NCBI GenBank assembly: GCA_965658895.1
Contig: CBFHUR010000011.1
Location: 9,275-73,274 of the forward strand
Source: Candidatus Binatia bacterium
GTDB lineage: Bacteria; Desulfobacterota; Binatia; UBA12015
DNA length: 64,000 nt
Direction of reading: 5' to 3'
Part shown: positions 1-10,327 of the stretch, piece after piece
How positions within the stretch are numbered: the stretch's first letter is position 1
Layout of the letters: every line of letters starts with the position of its first letter
Position numbers and translations under genes: made by a program
The notes under the pieces: generated by a model
What the model was told of the DNA's origin: nothing
Databases searched by the model: none
What the model saw: the letters and a program-made list of their open reading frames with translations, nothing else

Positions 1-1042
1 CCTCGAGCCACTCCTCGCATCCCGGCGCCCAGACGTCGATATCGAACTTGATCCGCGCCACGAAACTGAGATCGCCGGTGCACATCTGGATGACACGATA
101 GGTCAGGCCGAGTTTACGACAAATATCCTCAGCATCGCCCAAAAGAGTTTCCAGCTCCGCGTCGGATCGGTCGGGATGGACAAATTTCACCATCTCCACC
201 TTGTCGAATTGGTGGCCGCGCTTGATGCCTCGGACGTCTCGCCCGGCAGACATCTTCTCGCGCCGAAAACATGGGGAGTACGCGACATGGCGCACCGGCA
301 GCGTATCCTCCGCAAGCACCTCGTCCCGGTAGAGGTTGGTCACCGGGACCTCGGCTGTGGGAACAAACCAGTGTTCCCCTTCAATGTCCCGATAAAGGTT
401 CTCCGAGAATTTCGGCAAATTACCCGTCCCGACAAGGCAGTGCTCCTTGACCATCGCCGGCGGGTAGATCTCGACGTAGCCATGCTCGCGCGTATGGACA
501 TCGAGCATGAAGCTGATCAAGGCTCGCTGCAGTCGAGCGCCGGGACCAGTGAGCACGTAGAATCGCGAACCCGAAATCTTGACGCCGCGGTCAAAATCAA
601 TGGCGCCCAATGCGGGACCGATCTCCCAATGCGGCTTGGCCGGAAAGGAGAACTCGGCCGGAGCGCCCTCGGTGCGCAGCACCACATTTTCGGAATCGTG
701 GGCCCCTTCGGGCACCTCCGGATGCGGCAGGTTGGGGATCTCCAGCATCAAGTCACGAAACGCCTGATTGCTCTTCTCGACAACGGCTTCGAGATCCGAG
801 ATCTCCTGGGCCAGGCTACTCACGGACGCACCGGCAGCCTTGCGCTCCTCGGGCGGAAGCTTCCCGATTTCCTTGGAGCGGCGCGTTCGCTCGGCGCGAC
901 GCGATTCCAACCCATGCAGGGCTTCACGTCTTCGGCTGTCGAGATCGAGAACCTGATCAATCAGAGCCGGATCGGCCTGCACCTTGATCAGCCCCTCACG
1001 GCATAGGTCCGGGTTGTCGCGAATCATTCGAATATCGAGCAT
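1..1042 (-). CDS. serS: Serine--tRNA ligase (C-terminus runs off the left edge of the window)
   Basis: Not in the ORF track because it has no stop in the window. Manual minus-strand translation from ATG 1042 gives MLDIRMIRDNPD...GSRFY...LVGTGNLPKF...FVPTAEVPVTNLYRDE...CFRREKMSAGRDVRGIKRGHQFDKVEMVKF, i.e. class II SerRS motifs. Confidence 0.97.
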   Translation of the reverse strand, partial: MLDIRMIRDNPDLCREGLIKVQADPALIDQVLDLDSRRREALHGLESRRAERTRRSKEIGKLPPEERKAAGASVSSLAQEISDLEAVVEKSNQAFRDLMLEIPNLPHPEVPEGAHDSENVVLRTEGAPAEFSFPAKPHWEIGPALGAIDFDRGVKISGSRFYVLTGPGARLQRALISFMLDVHTREHGYVEIYPPAMVKEHCLVGTGNLPKFSENLYRDIEGEHWFVPTAEVPVTNLYRDEVLAEDTLPVRHVAYSPCFRREKMSAGRDVRGIKRGHQFDKVEMVKFVHPDRSDAELETLLGDAEDICRKLGLTYRVIQMCTGDLSFVARIKFDIDVWAPGCEEWLE

Positions 1043-1087
1043 TTGCCTACTGTCGTAGAACCCGAAGAGCGTTCCCGCAAATCCGGG

Positions 1088-1576
1088 TCAGAAGGGGCTT
1101 TGAAACGCATCCGGAAAATGGCGGCAGGACAATCCGGAACCAGCCCCGATGACCTCGATGACATCGAAGCGGATCGTATGCCAAAACCCTCGCTGTCCCC
1201 GCAACCAGAGATGCGCGGCATTGGCCACGTGGCGCTGTTTACGGAGATCGACGGTTTCGGAAGGAAAGCCCAGGCCGGCATGCGCTCGCGAACGCACCTC
1301 GACAAAAGCCAGAAGTTCGTCATTCGTGGCGATCAGGTCGATCTCCCATCGTCCCTGCCGCACGTTGGTAGCCAGAATTCGGTAGCCGCGTGACTCGAGA
1401 AACGCCGCCGCTGCCTGTTCTCCGTCGCGGCCTCGTCTTTGCTTCTTGCGCTGCTGCTCGCTCGGCTCTGCTCTCTGCTTCCGACCAGGCTTCTCGCTCG
1501 GTATCTGACGTGGCTTCTGGTTCAGCTTCCTGCGGCGCTTCCGCCCATTTTCACCCTGCGGCGATTCGTCGACCAT
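1088..1576 (-). CDS. yraN: YraN/UPF0102 family PD-(D/E)xK nuclease with a basic N-terminal extension
   Basis: GRDGEQAAAAFLESRGY...N.R....EIDLIA...LAFVEVRSR...RFDVIEV. Start codon uncertain. Confidence 0.9.
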   Translation of the reverse strand: MVDESPQGENGRKRRRKLNQKPRQIPSEKPGRKQRAEPSEQQRKKQRRGRDGEQAAAAFLESRGYRILATNVRQGRWEIDLIATNDELLAFVEVRSRAHAGLGFPSETVDLRKQRHVANAAHLWLRGQRGFWHTIRFDVIEVIGAGSGLSCRHFPDAFQSPF

Positions 1577-1612
1577 TTGCCGAGCATGGCAACCTGCAGC
1601 CTGCCCCGCGAC

Positions 1613-4372
1613 TCACGACAGATTGTTCGGCCCCCCAATTCGAAGGCCATCGGGCAGCGAATCAGCAACGATCCGTGCCCGCAGCTGATCGCTGGTCTCC
1701 TGCACCGACCGCACCAGAGCCGCCAGTTCGCTGAAGCCCTCACCCTCCTCGAGTCGAAGCGCACAGGCGCTCCGCAGTTTCTCGGGTAGATCCCGCGCAC
1801 GGTCACCCGACATGCGTGCCATCTGGGCTAAAGCTAGCGCTCGGGCGGCCGACACGGGCCCGGGCATCGCCGCCATCGCCTCGACGGTGGCGGCGATCCG
1901 ACCGGGTTCCAGAACGGTATCGGCGGGTCCGTAGACGGGGCATCGCGAGCCGAGTCGTCCCAGGGCCCAAAGCTCGGCATCCGACAAGCCCGCCAGGCCG
2001 CCTGCATCACCCCCCAGGGCGTCAAACACCTCGCCTTTGTCGCGGCTTCCCACTCGCTCCAACGAGCCGACCACCTGCCACATCTCGCGCAACTGCTGCG
2101 CAACGGCTTTCTTTCGATTCTTCTTGCGGCGATTGCCCGGAAGAAGCAAGGGCCGCATCTGCTGCAGAAGTGCTGTTTGTTGCGGGCGACTCAAACCGCC
2201 CGCAACGCGCTTCCATAAAACCCACCACTCAGCGCCACATTGACTTGATTTCGGGAAGCAGAGGCCATCATTGAACAGGCGCCACACCTTCTCCGCTCGT
2301 AATTCGTCCCCGACCACACCGTAGCCCGGGCGAACCAGGAAGCCGCATAGGTTGAGCCAGCGCGCCTCATGTTCTGCAGACCGACGCCGAGCCTCACGCT
2401 CGGGCCAGAGAGCCTCCCACAACGCCCGGAGCACGTCAGCTGGCCAGTCGCCGCGCAACAGCCCGAGAGCCTCCTCGAGTGCCCCCATGATGCGGACGGG
2501 ATCCCGAGAGCCCGTAAAGGCCTCCCGAACCAACTCGCTTGCCGCCTCCAGGCGCTGCGGCTCGACAACCACCTCGACCCCGGTGCGCTGCGCATCTCCC
2601 TCCTGCTCCCACGCTTCCGAAGAGGCTTGCGTGCGCAGATCGAACGACAGCTTCCATCGATGCGGCGTATCGCGGGCCTCGCACCAGATCTCGAGCGTTC
2701 CCGTTTCCGTCAACAGGGATCTCAATCGAACAGGAACCGTGCGCGATTCAAGAGACTTGCCGAACTGCAGCCGGCTCCCGAGCGGCGCAAGCGCAACCGA
2801 ATGCTCGGGATCACGGCCGTGAACCGTGCCGGGAACGTCACCGACTCGGGTGGTCGATACATAAAGCGGAAATTGAACATGCTGGTTTGCCGCCAGCTCC
2901 AGGACCGGCTCGGACAAGGCCAGCTCTTCCCCCTCCACCATGCCCCGCCCAGCGATGCAGATCATCGATGGGCCGTCGGGGCCCTCGATTCCCAGAAAAT
3001 AGGCCCGAGCGGACCCACCGGAAATTCGATCCCCGTGGCCCCGCAGCGCACTTCCGTAGGCTACGGCTCCCTGGGCGACGGCCAGATCATGGTCGGCGTC
3101 GTCGAGCTCGACCGGCACCTTTCCGGTCCAATCGGCGAGCTGCTCGCGCAATCGATCTCGAATCCGGCCTGGCTTCAACGCGCCGCCATTGAAAAGGATC
3201 GCATCGGGACAGATCGGCTTCGCGGCACCCCGGCCAGCGATCTGCAGGAATGATGCGAGATGTCGCGTGATCGCGGGATCCGCAGCAAACGGCAATCCGA
3301 ACTCTTGCAGGCCTGCATCGCCTCGGGCGGGAACCGCGTCAGCAGCGACCCGGGGGAAAAACCCCTCGACCAATGTTTCGGCAGCCGTATCCGCCGAGAG
3401 GCTGGCCCGTAGCGTATTGCCCAGAAGCCGGCGCCCGGCTCCGGCCACCGCGATCTCGACGTCGCCGACAGGACCCGACCCACTCGCGCTCAAAAGACGC
3501 TCCTTGGCCAGGCGCACCTGAAGGGTCAGCTGTTGCCAGCGGGCCGCATCCAGCGAGGCGCGCCGGTCCCCGGCGACCACGTGTGCCAGGGCGAGATCCA
3601 TATTATCTCCGCCGACCAGCAGATGCTCGCCCACGAAAGTCCTCTCCAGGCCGGGGCCTGCCGGAGTCTCGCGAACGGCTACCAGAGAAAAATCGGTCGT
3701 TCCGCCACCGACATCGATGACCAGAATCTGTTCGACATTCGCGAGGTGGTCGCGCCAATCCGGATGCGCGGCCGTCCAGGCATAAAGTGCGGCCTGCGGC
3801 TCCTCGAGCAGTCGAACCCGGGAGATTCCTGCCCGTGCTGCCGCAGCGACCGTCAGTTCTCGAGCGACCTCGTCAAAAGAAGCGGGGACAGCGAGGACGA
3901 CATCCTGATCGCCCAGCGGGTGGTCCGGATTCTGTTCGTCCCAGCTCGCCACCATATGGCTCAGATAGCGAGCGGAAACGTCCACCGGGGAAAGCTTCCC
4001 TACCGACAGATCGCTGCCCCAGGGCAAAATCGCGGCCTCGCGGTCCACGCCACCATGGCAGAGCCAGGACTTTGCCGAGGAGATCAGCCGTCCGGCCTGG
4101 CGAGCACCAAGAGTGTTGGCCAGCACCCCGACCACCTCATCGGGCGCCTTCTGCCCCGAGCCCTGCCAGGGAAGATCGAGCGCCCCGGCCGGCAGGTCCT
4201 GCGCTACCGCCAGATAGAGCGCCGAAGGCAGTGTCGGCCTCGGTGCCACCTCTCCCTCGGCGATCAGCTGCCGAATCCCGAACGAGGTGGGCCCGACCGG
4301 CCCTCCCAGGCGCGCGTAGGAAAGCGCCGAATTGGTCGTACCGAGATCAATGCCGACAAGAAATTCAGGCAT
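1613..4372 (-). CDS. Atypical Hsp70-family ATPase with C-terminal DUF3731-type helical domain (919 aa)
   Basis: GIDLGTTNS, SAKSWL, VPASFD, EEPQAA, DVGGGTTDFS, GGDNMD, FNGG. The C-terminal ~300 aa contain RPG and WKR motifs as recalled for DUF3731. Confidence 0.9.
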   Translation of the reverse strand: MPEFLVGIDLGTTNSALSYARLGGPVGPTSFGIRQLIAEGEVAPRPTLPSALYLAVAQDLPAGALDLPWQGSGQKAPDEVVGVLANTLGARQAGRLISSAKSWLCHGGVDREAAILPWGSDLSVGKLSPVDVSARYLSHMVASWDEQNPDHPLGDQDVVLAVPASFDEVARELTVAAAARAGISRVRLLEEPQAALYAWTAAHPDWRDHLANVEQILVIDVGGGTTDFSLVAVRETPAGPGLERTFVGEHLLVGGDNMDLALAHVVAGDRRASLDAARWQQLTLQVRLAKERLLSASGSGPVGDVEIAVAGAGRRLLGNTLRASLSADTAAETLVEGFFPRVAADAVPARGDAGLQEFGLPFAADPAITRHLASFLQIAGRGAAKPICPDAILFNGGALKPGRIRDRLREQLADWTGKVPVELDDADHDLAVAQGAVAYGSALRGHGDRISGGSARAYFLGIEGPDGPSMICIAGRGMVEGEELALSEPVLELAANQHVQFPLYVSTTRVGDVPGTVHGRDPEHSVALAPLGSRLQFGKSLESRTVPVRLRSLLTETGTLEIWCEARDTPHRWKLSFDLRTQASSEAWEQEGDAQRTGVEVVVEPQRLEAASELVREAFTGSRDPVRIMGALEEALGLLRGDWPADVLRALWEALWPEREARRRSAEHEARWLNLCGFLVRPGYGVVGDELRAEKVWRLFNDGLCFPKSSQCGAEWWVLWKRVAGGLSRPQQTALLQQMRPLLLPGNRRKKNRKKAVAQQLREMWQVVGSLERVGSRDKGEVFDALGGDAGGLAGLSDAELWALGRLGSRCPVYGPADTVLEPGRIAATVEAMAAMPGPVSAARALALAQMARMSGDRARDLPEKLRSACALRLEEGEGFSELAALVRSVQETSDQLRARIVADSLPDGLRIGGPNNLS

Positions 4373-6179
4373 CAGACGAACCTCCCTGCGTGCGGACCCC
4401 GAACGTCAGCTGCCACCGTCGGTCCTGATCGGCAACGCAGAAAATCTCGAGGGTACCGATTTCGGTCAAATGGGATTCAAGGTGGACCTGAACCCGCTGA
4501 CCGGCCTCCCCGTCCAATTCGACATACAAGGGCGCCAACTCCTCCAGGTCGTCGGTCTCGAACTCGTCGAGCACCGTGCCGGCGGGATCGTCGTTGCGCG
4601 TCGTTGAGGCATACAGCCGAAAGGAACCTCGTGCACCCAGAAGCAGGCCCAATTCGACCTCGGGAATGCCTGTTGTGGTGCCCTCCTCCAAACCGAAGGG
4701 AACCACACAAACACTTCGCTGCTGGGGCGGCTGACCCGGCACCGCAGGCATCGAACCCGCCATGCCGATATAGTAGGAACGCGCCGCACCACTGCGGATG
4801 CGCATCCCCCGGCCGCGCTGAGCCGCTCCGAAGATCGCGGCACCCCGAGCCACGCCCTCGGCAAGGTTCGCACCGTGGAGCACCCGCGGCGGACCACCCG
4901 AAGCTTCGGGAGCCCAGCTGCCGAGCACCGCCTCGAGGCGTTCCACGAGAAGAGCGGCGCCGAAGACGCCACCATTGAGCAGAACGCAACTCGGAGAGGC
5001 GCCCTCGGCCAACTGGTGTTGGTGGTCACGGAGAAAGGTCGCGAGATGGGCTGTCACCGACGGATCACTCGCATAGGGCAAACCCAACTCGGCCAAACCC
5101 GACTGATCTGCCACCCGCAGCGCCTGGTCCGCCGTCACGTGCGGGAAGAAGCCCTCCACCAGAACGGTCTGCAGATCGGCCCGCGACAGACTCGCGCGGA
5201 TCGTGCCGCCGAGAAGTTTGCGCGAACGCGCCAGCACGACCAAGGGGAACGCCTCGAGTTCGTGGTCGGCCAACAACTTCTCCTTGCCCTCCCGGCAGGA
5301 GGCCACCAGCGATCGAAACTGCTGCGGATCAAGCCGGGTCCCCGCGCCGGCTAGCTGCTGGCGTACGTGAAAGGCCAGTGCCAGATCCATATTGTCGCCG
5401 CCCAAAAGCAGGTGCTCCCCCACCGCCACGCGCTCGAGATGGAGTTCACCTTCTTCTTCAGCAACCACCAGAAGACTGAAATCCGTGGTGCCGCCACCGA
5501 CGTCACATACGAGCATCGAGTCTCCCAGAGAGAGATGCTCGCGCAACCGGGCCCCATCCAGACCGGCCCAATGATAGACGGCCGCCTGTGGCTCTTCGAG
5601 GAGTTGCGGGTTTTCGATCCCGGCCTCGCGCGCTGCACGGATCGTGAGATCTCTGGCCGCCGCGTCAAAGGACGCCGGCACCGTAAGCACGACATGCTGG
5701 TTTTCAAGCCGACGCGACGGATCTTCCGAAGCCATCTGCCAGTCCCAGGCCTCGCGCAAATGTGCCAGATAGGCGGTCGTCGCGGCCCGCGGGGAGACCT
5801 GACGATCCGCCGTTCCGCCTTCGGGGAGCAGCAGTTCCCCCGAGTCCGCCGATGGATGCCCCAGCCAGGATTTCGCGGAATGCACGACCTGGTCAGGATT
5901 CGCACCCAGCCTTTGCAAGGCAAAGCTGCCGACCGGACCCGGGTCGCGCGGCCCCCACGGCGCCTCGAGTGCGCCTGGCTCCTCCTCGGCCCGTGGCAGG
6001 TAGAGAAATGAGGGCAACGCCGTCAGGCTCTCCACTGTTCCGGGCGCGGTCACCTGAGCTATCGGCAGCATGGAATCACTCCCCTCGGGAGCTTCCAGAT
6101 CGATCCATGCCACGGCCGAATTTGTGGTGCCGAGATCGATTCCGACGACGTAACGGCTACCGTCGGGGGCGCGATTCAT
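4365..6179 (-). CDS. Atypical Hsp70-family ATPase (604 aa), nucleotide-binding domain plus short beta domain
   Basis: Same Hsp70 NBD motifs. Start re-assigned to ATG 6179 (ATGA overlap with the upstream stop); its own stop overlaps the next ATG by 8 nt. Confidence 0.9.
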   Translation of the reverse strand: MNRAPDGSRYVVGIDLGTTNSAVAWIDLEAPEGSDSMLPIAQVTAPGTVESLTALPSFLYLPRAEEEPGALEAPWGPRDPGPVGSFALQRLGANPDQVVHSAKSWLGHPSADSGELLLPEGGTADRQVSPRAATTAYLAHLREAWDWQMASEDPSRRLENQHVVLTVPASFDAAARDLTIRAAREAGIENPQLLEEPQAAVYHWAGLDGARLREHLSLGDSMLVCDVGGGTTDFSLLVVAEEEGELHLERVAVGEHLLLGGDNMDLALAFHVRQQLAGAGTRLDPQQFRSLVASCREGKEKLLADHELEAFPLVVLARSRKLLGGTIRASLSRADLQTVLVEGFFPHVTADQALRVADQSGLAELGLPYASDPSVTAHLATFLRDHQHQLAEGASPSCVLLNGGVFGAALLVERLEAVLGSWAPEASGGPPRVLHGANLAEGVARGAAIFGAAQRGRGMRIRSGAARSYYIGMAGSMPAVPGQPPQQRSVCVVPFGLEEGTTTGIPEVELGLLLGARGSFRLYASTTRNDDPAGTVLDEFETDDLEELAPLYVELDGEAGQRVQVHLESHLTEIGTLEIFCVADQDRRWQLTFGVRTQGGSSDA

Positions 6180-6910
6180 CTCGACTCGACCTCGATCTCC
6201 GCAGGCGCCAGAATACGGGAATCGCCGCCGCGGGTCGGCTGCGGCAAGGCCACGTGGGTCGCCACCCAACCTGGATGCACGAGGGTTCCCTTCCACGGAG
6301 ACTCACCGGACGGACTCCCTACCAATCGGACCGAAGCCGGCGAATAGCCCTCCTCCAGAATCACCGCATCCCCCTCTTCCTCGCTTCGCAGGGGGGCGAA
6401 TGCGACCCGTTCCTGCAGGGCCCGCACCAAGCCGGCATGAACCCCACGCGCGGCCGCACCCACCTGATCATCACTGTAGCTGGCAACGTCCTCGGCGATG
6501 AAGTCCAGCAAGCGCGCCTCCTCCTGCAAGGTCGCCAGCAAACGCAACGCGACACCATCGGGGTCCACGATGGCGGGACTCTCCTCGGCGGCATTTTCGG
6601 CAGATGCGCTCTCCTGCGGTTGCCCGGCCGCCAGTTCCGTGAGCTCCACCCGGCGGCTGGCCCGGCCCGCCAAAAAGGCAGCCAACGGACTCAGCAGGAG
6701 CAATACGAAAGCCGGCAATCGCGGATCGGCCTGACCCGCCGCCGCAATCCGGTTCCAATCCCCTCGGGCGAGAGCAGCTTGAAACCCTTCGGCCACGCCC
6801 GGCTCAGGCCACAAGATCACGGTCAAAGCGGGCACCAGCAGTGCCCATGCCGCCAACAGCCCGAGGATCCCCAAAAAATAAGACTTACCGCTACCAGAAC
6901 CTATCGCCAT
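6176..6910 (-). CDS. DUF2760-family membrane protein (GrpE-like C-terminal region, inferred)
   Basis: Two N-terminal hydrophobic segments, then LQEEARLLDFIAED...DQVGAAARGVH...GTLVHPGW...ILAPAEIEV. Start ATG 6910 has GAGG upstream. Confidence 0.8.
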   Translation of the reverse strand: MAIGSGSGKSYFLGILGLLAAWALLVPALTVILWPEPGVAEGFQAALARGDWNRIAAAGQADPRLPAFVLLLLSPLAAFLAGRASRRVELTELAAGQPQESASAENAAEESPAIVDPDGVALRLLATLQEEARLLDFIAEDVASYSDDQVGAAARGVHAGLVRALQERVAFAPLRSEEEGDAVILEEGYSPASVRLVGSPSGESPWKGTLVHPGWVATHVALPQPTRGGDSRILAPAEIEVESR

Positions 6911-6948
6911 AGTTCGATAGCCTCGCGGACGGACGCTCGCGGCGCAAA

Positions 6949-6977
6949 TTGCTGCCTGCCGCGTCGCCATGTAAAGA
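6949..6977 (+). promoter_or_regulatory. Putative sigma70 promoter of gatCAB (leaderless geometry)
   Basis: TTGCTG-17nt-TAAAGA-6nt-ATG(6984); no SD visible. Confidence 0.4.
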
Positions 6978-6983
6978 CCCCCA

Positions 6984-7271
6984 ATGGCGGTTACAATCGA
7001 GGATGTGGAGAAAATGGCTCGGCTCGCGAGGCTCGGCCTGCGGGACGAGGAGAAACATTCGCTGCGAGGCGAGCTGGAATCAATCCTGGCCTACGTCGAA
7101 AAACTCCAGGAACTCGACACCGACGGCGTCGTCCCGACGCTGGGGTCGGGCAACGAACGCCCGGTTTTGCGCGAGGATGCCGTCACCAACGAGGAACGTG
7201 CTCATGAAATGGTTGCCGGGGCCCCCGATCCCGACGACACCTTCCTGCGCGTCCCCAAGATCATCGAGTAG
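6984..7271 (+). CDS. gatC: Asp/Glu-tRNA amidotransferase subunit C
   Basis: VEKMARLARL...ILAYVEKLQELDTDGV.PT...LRED...FLRVPKIIE; directly upstream of gatA. Confidence 0.97.
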   Translation: MAVTIEDVEKMARLARLGLRDEEKHSLRGELESILAYVEKLQELDTDGVVPTLGSGNERPVLREDAVTNEERAHEMVAGAPDPDDTFLRVPKIIE

Positions 7272-7283
7272 GCGCAGGGATCG

Positions 7284-8771
7284 ATGAACATGAATTTGCA
7301 CGATCCCAGCACCTTCACCGTCGCCGGTGCCCGACGCAGCCTAGATGCCCACGAGTTCTCGGCCACGGAACTGACACGCGCCCTGCTCGACAGGATCAGC
7401 CGCGTGGAGGGAAACCTCCACGCCCTGCTCGCCGTCACCGGCGAGCGCGCGCTCGCCGACGCGAATCGAGCCGACGAAAGAATTGCCCGGGGCGACTCCG
7501 CACCGCTGCTCGGAATTCCGATCGTCCTCAAGGATATTTTTGCGACCCGCGGGATCCGGACGACATGCGCGTCCCGGATTCTCGAGAATTTTTCGCCGCC
7601 TTACGACGCGGATGCAACCCAACGCCTTGCAGAGGCTGGAGCGGTCCTCATCGGGAAGGCGAATATGGACGAATTCGCAATGGGTTCGTCGAACGAGAAC
7701 TCGGCCTACGGTGCCTGCCGAAACCCCTGGGACGTGGAGCGAGTACCGGGCGGGTCGTCGGGAGGATCGGCCGTCGCCGTCGCCGCGGGCGAGGCCCTCG
7801 CCTCTCTCGGCACTGATACCGGAGGATCTATCCGCCTCCCGGCAGCCTTCACCGGCGTCTGCGGACTGAAGCCCACTTACGGCCGGGTATCGAGATACGG
7901 TGTGATTGCCTACGCTTCCTCCCTCGACCAGGTCGGGCCCTTTGCGCGCACGGTGGAGGATTTGGCAATGGTGCTCGGCATCATCGCAGGCCACGACCCA
8001 AAAGATTCCACATCGGCTGCCATCGATGTGCCGGACTACCAGGCGTCGCTGACCGGAGATATCCGAGGCCTCAAGCTCGGACTGCCCCGGCAATATTTCG
8101 AAGGCGGGCTCTCCGAGGACGTCGAGCGCGCTGTCCGCGAAGCACTCGAAGTTTTACGCGCCCGTGGTGCCGAGCTCGTTGATATCGACCTGCCGCATAC
8201 GCCCTATGCCGTGGCGACCTACTACCTGATCGCCACCGCCGAGGCTTCCTCGAACCTCGGCCGCTATGATGGCGTCCGCTACGGTCATCGAACCGATAAA
8301 GTCACCAATCTGCTCGAGATGTACCGCGAGACCCGCGTCGAGGGATTCGGCCCCGAGGTCAAAAGAAGGATTATTCTGGGAACCTACGCTCTCTCGGCAG
8401 GCTACTACGACGCCTATTACCGCAAGGCGCTTCAGGCCCGCACTCTAATCCGACAGGATTTTGAGGAAGCCTACAAACTCTGTGACGCCATCGTGACACC
8501 GACCGCGCCGCAGACCGCCTTCCGTCTGGGAGAAAAAGCCTCCGATCCTCTCTCGATGTACCTGTCGGATGTCTTTACCAACTCGGCGAACCTGGCCGGG
8601 ATCCCTGGCCTCGTGATCCCCTGTGGTTTCGACACCAAAAAACTGCCGATCGGGCTGCAAATCCTTGCCCCTTCCTTTGCCGAGGCCACCGCGCTGCGCG
8701 CCGGCGATGCCTACCAGAAGGACACCGACTGGCATCTGGAGGCTCCCGACCTCTCGGGAGGTCAGAAGTGA
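7284..8771 (+). CDS. gatA: Asp/Glu-tRNA amidotransferase subunit A
   Basis: Amidase signature GGSSGGSA...[13 protein letters not shown]; [13 protein letters not shown]; [11 protein letters not shown]. Confidence 0.98.
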   Translation: MNMNLHDPSTFTVAGARRSLDAHEFSATELTRALLDRISRVEGNLHALLAVTGERALADANRADERIARGDSAPLLGIPIVLKDIFATRGIRTTCASRILENFSPPYDADATQRLAEAGAVLIGKANMDEFAMGSSNENSAYGACRNPWDVERVPGGSSGGSAVAVAAGEALASLGTDTGGSIRLPAAFTGVCGLKPTYGRVSRYGVIAYASSLDQVGPFARTVEDLAMVLGIIAGHDPKDSTSAAIDVPDYQASLTGDIRGLKLGLPRQYFEGGLSEDVERAVREALEVLRARGAELVDIDLPHTPYAVATYYLIATAEASSNLGRYDGVRYGHRTDKVTNLLEMYRETRVEGFGPEVKRRIILGTYALSAGYYDAYYRKALQARTLIRQDFEEAYKLCDAIVTPTAPQTAFRLGEKASDPLSMYLSDVFTNSANLAGIPGLVIPCGFDTKKLPIGLQILAPSFAEATALRAGDAYQKDTDWHLEAPDLSGGQK

Positions 8772-10273
8772 TGAACGGAGAACGCCAAATGCCCCCTCAG
8801 GACGACGAGCTCGAGAGTCGCTACGGTGATTGGGAACCGGTCATCGGACTCGAGGTCCATGCCCAGCTCTTGACGGTTTCCAAACTCTTCTGCGGCTGTT
8901 CGACTTCGTTTGGCGCTGAACCAAATGCTCATACCTGCCCTGTATGCCTCGGCATGCCGGGAGTCCTGCCCGTGCTGAACCGCCGTGCGGTCGAGCTTTC
9001 CGTGCGAACAGCTCTGGCGACCGATTGCTCGCTGCCGGAGACCGCGATCTGGTCCCGAAAAAACTACTTCTACCCGGATCTGCCCAAAGGTTATCAGGTC
9101 AGCATGTATGAGGAACCGCTGGCCGTCGGCGGGCACCTCGACGTCCCTCTCGAGGACAAGACGACCCGGGTAAGGATCACCCGCATTCATATGGAGGAGG
9201 ATGCCGGCAAGAGCATTCATGATGCACGCGAACCCTACTCGCGCGTGGACCTGAACCGTGCCGGAGTCCCCTTGATGGAGATCGTGAGCGAACCTGATAT
9301 CCGCTCCCCCGCCGAGGCCGCCGCCTACATGCGTACCCTGCGGACCCTTCTCCAGCATATTGGTTCCTGTGACGGCAATATGGAAGAGGGCAGCATGCGT
9401 TGCGATGCGAATGTTTCGGTCCGCAAGCGAGGGAGCGAAAAGCTCGAGACGCGCGCCGAGATCAAGAACATGAACTCCTTCCGGTCGATCGAACGCGCGG
9501 TCGACTGGGAGATTCTCCGCCAGATCGATCTGCGCGAGAGCGGCGGAACCGTGGTGCAGGAAACCCGCCTTTGGGACGCCGATCGCGAGCGAACCGAATC
9601 GATGCGATCCAAGGAAGACGCGCACGACTACCGATATTTCCCCGAACCCGACCTGCCCCCGCTGCGCGTGACCCCCACGGAGATCGAGGCGATCCGCGCA
9701 GAGCTTCCCGAGTTGCCGGCAGAGCGCCGCACCCGCTTCGAGGCAGACTATGGGCTGTCGGCCTACGATGCCTCGGTGCTGACGAGTCGGCGCGATATCG
9801 GCGACTATTTCGAGGCGGCCGTCGCCAGCCACGCCAACCCCAAATCCATTGCCAACTGGGTGATGGGAGACGTTCTGCGAATCGTCCGCGACCGTCGGCT
9901 GGATGACGCGTTGGTGATCGAGCAATGGCCGATTCCCGCCACCGAGCTCGGCGCCCTCGTGGCGCGGATCGACGACGAGACCATCAGTGGTAAAATCGCG
10001 AAAACGGTCTTCGACGAGATGGTGAGCTCGGGCAGCAGTCCCGATCAGGTGATCGAGAAAAAGGGCCTCCGACAGCTCACGGATCCAGGCGCGATCGCCG
10101 AAGTGGTGGCACGCGTTCTGGCAGCACACCCTGATAAAGTTGAGGAGTTTCGAGCGGGCAAGGAAAAGCTTCTCGGCTTTTTTGTGGGCCTCGTGATGAA
10201 GGAAACCCAAGGGAAGGCAAACCCCAAGGCGGTCAATGAAACGCTCCGGGCGCAGCTCGCTGGAGGAGCCTGA
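8768..10273 (+). CDS. gatB: Asp/Glu-tRNA amidotransferase subunit B
   Basis: [45 protein letters not shown]-terminal YqeY-like domain. Confidence 0.98.
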   Translation: MMNGERQMPPQDDELESRYGDWEPVIGLEVHAQLLTVSKLFCGCSTSFGAEPNAHTCPVCLGMPGVLPVLNRRAVELSVRTALATDCSLPETAIWSRKNYFYPDLPKGYQVSMYEEPLAVGGHLDVPLEDKTTRVRITRIHMEEDAGKSIHDAREPYSRVDLNRAGVPLMEIVSEPDIRSPAEAAAYMRTLRTLLQHIGSCDGNMEEGSMRCDANVSVRKRGSEKLETRAEIKNMNSFRSIERAVDWEILRQIDLRESGGTVVQETRLWDADRERTESMRSKEDAHDYRYFPEPDLPPLRVTPTEIEAIRAELPELPAERRTRFEADYGLSAYDASVLTSRRDIGDYFEAAVASHANPKSIANWVMGDVLRIVRDRRLDDALVIEQWPIPATELGALVARIDDETISGKIAKTVFDEMVSSGSSPDQVIEKKGLRQLTDPGAIAEVVARVLAAHPDKVEEFRAGKEKLLGFFVGLVMKETQGKANPKAVNETLRAQLAGGA

Positions 10274-10327
10274 CCCCGCCCGCGCTCAGAAATTGTCTTT
10301 CCTCGCGGCCGATAATCTGCTCAAATC

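Noticed and set aside
176-1006. 276-aa plus-strand ORF
   Set aside because: Antisense shadow of serS, which is open on the minus strand with clear SerRS motifs.
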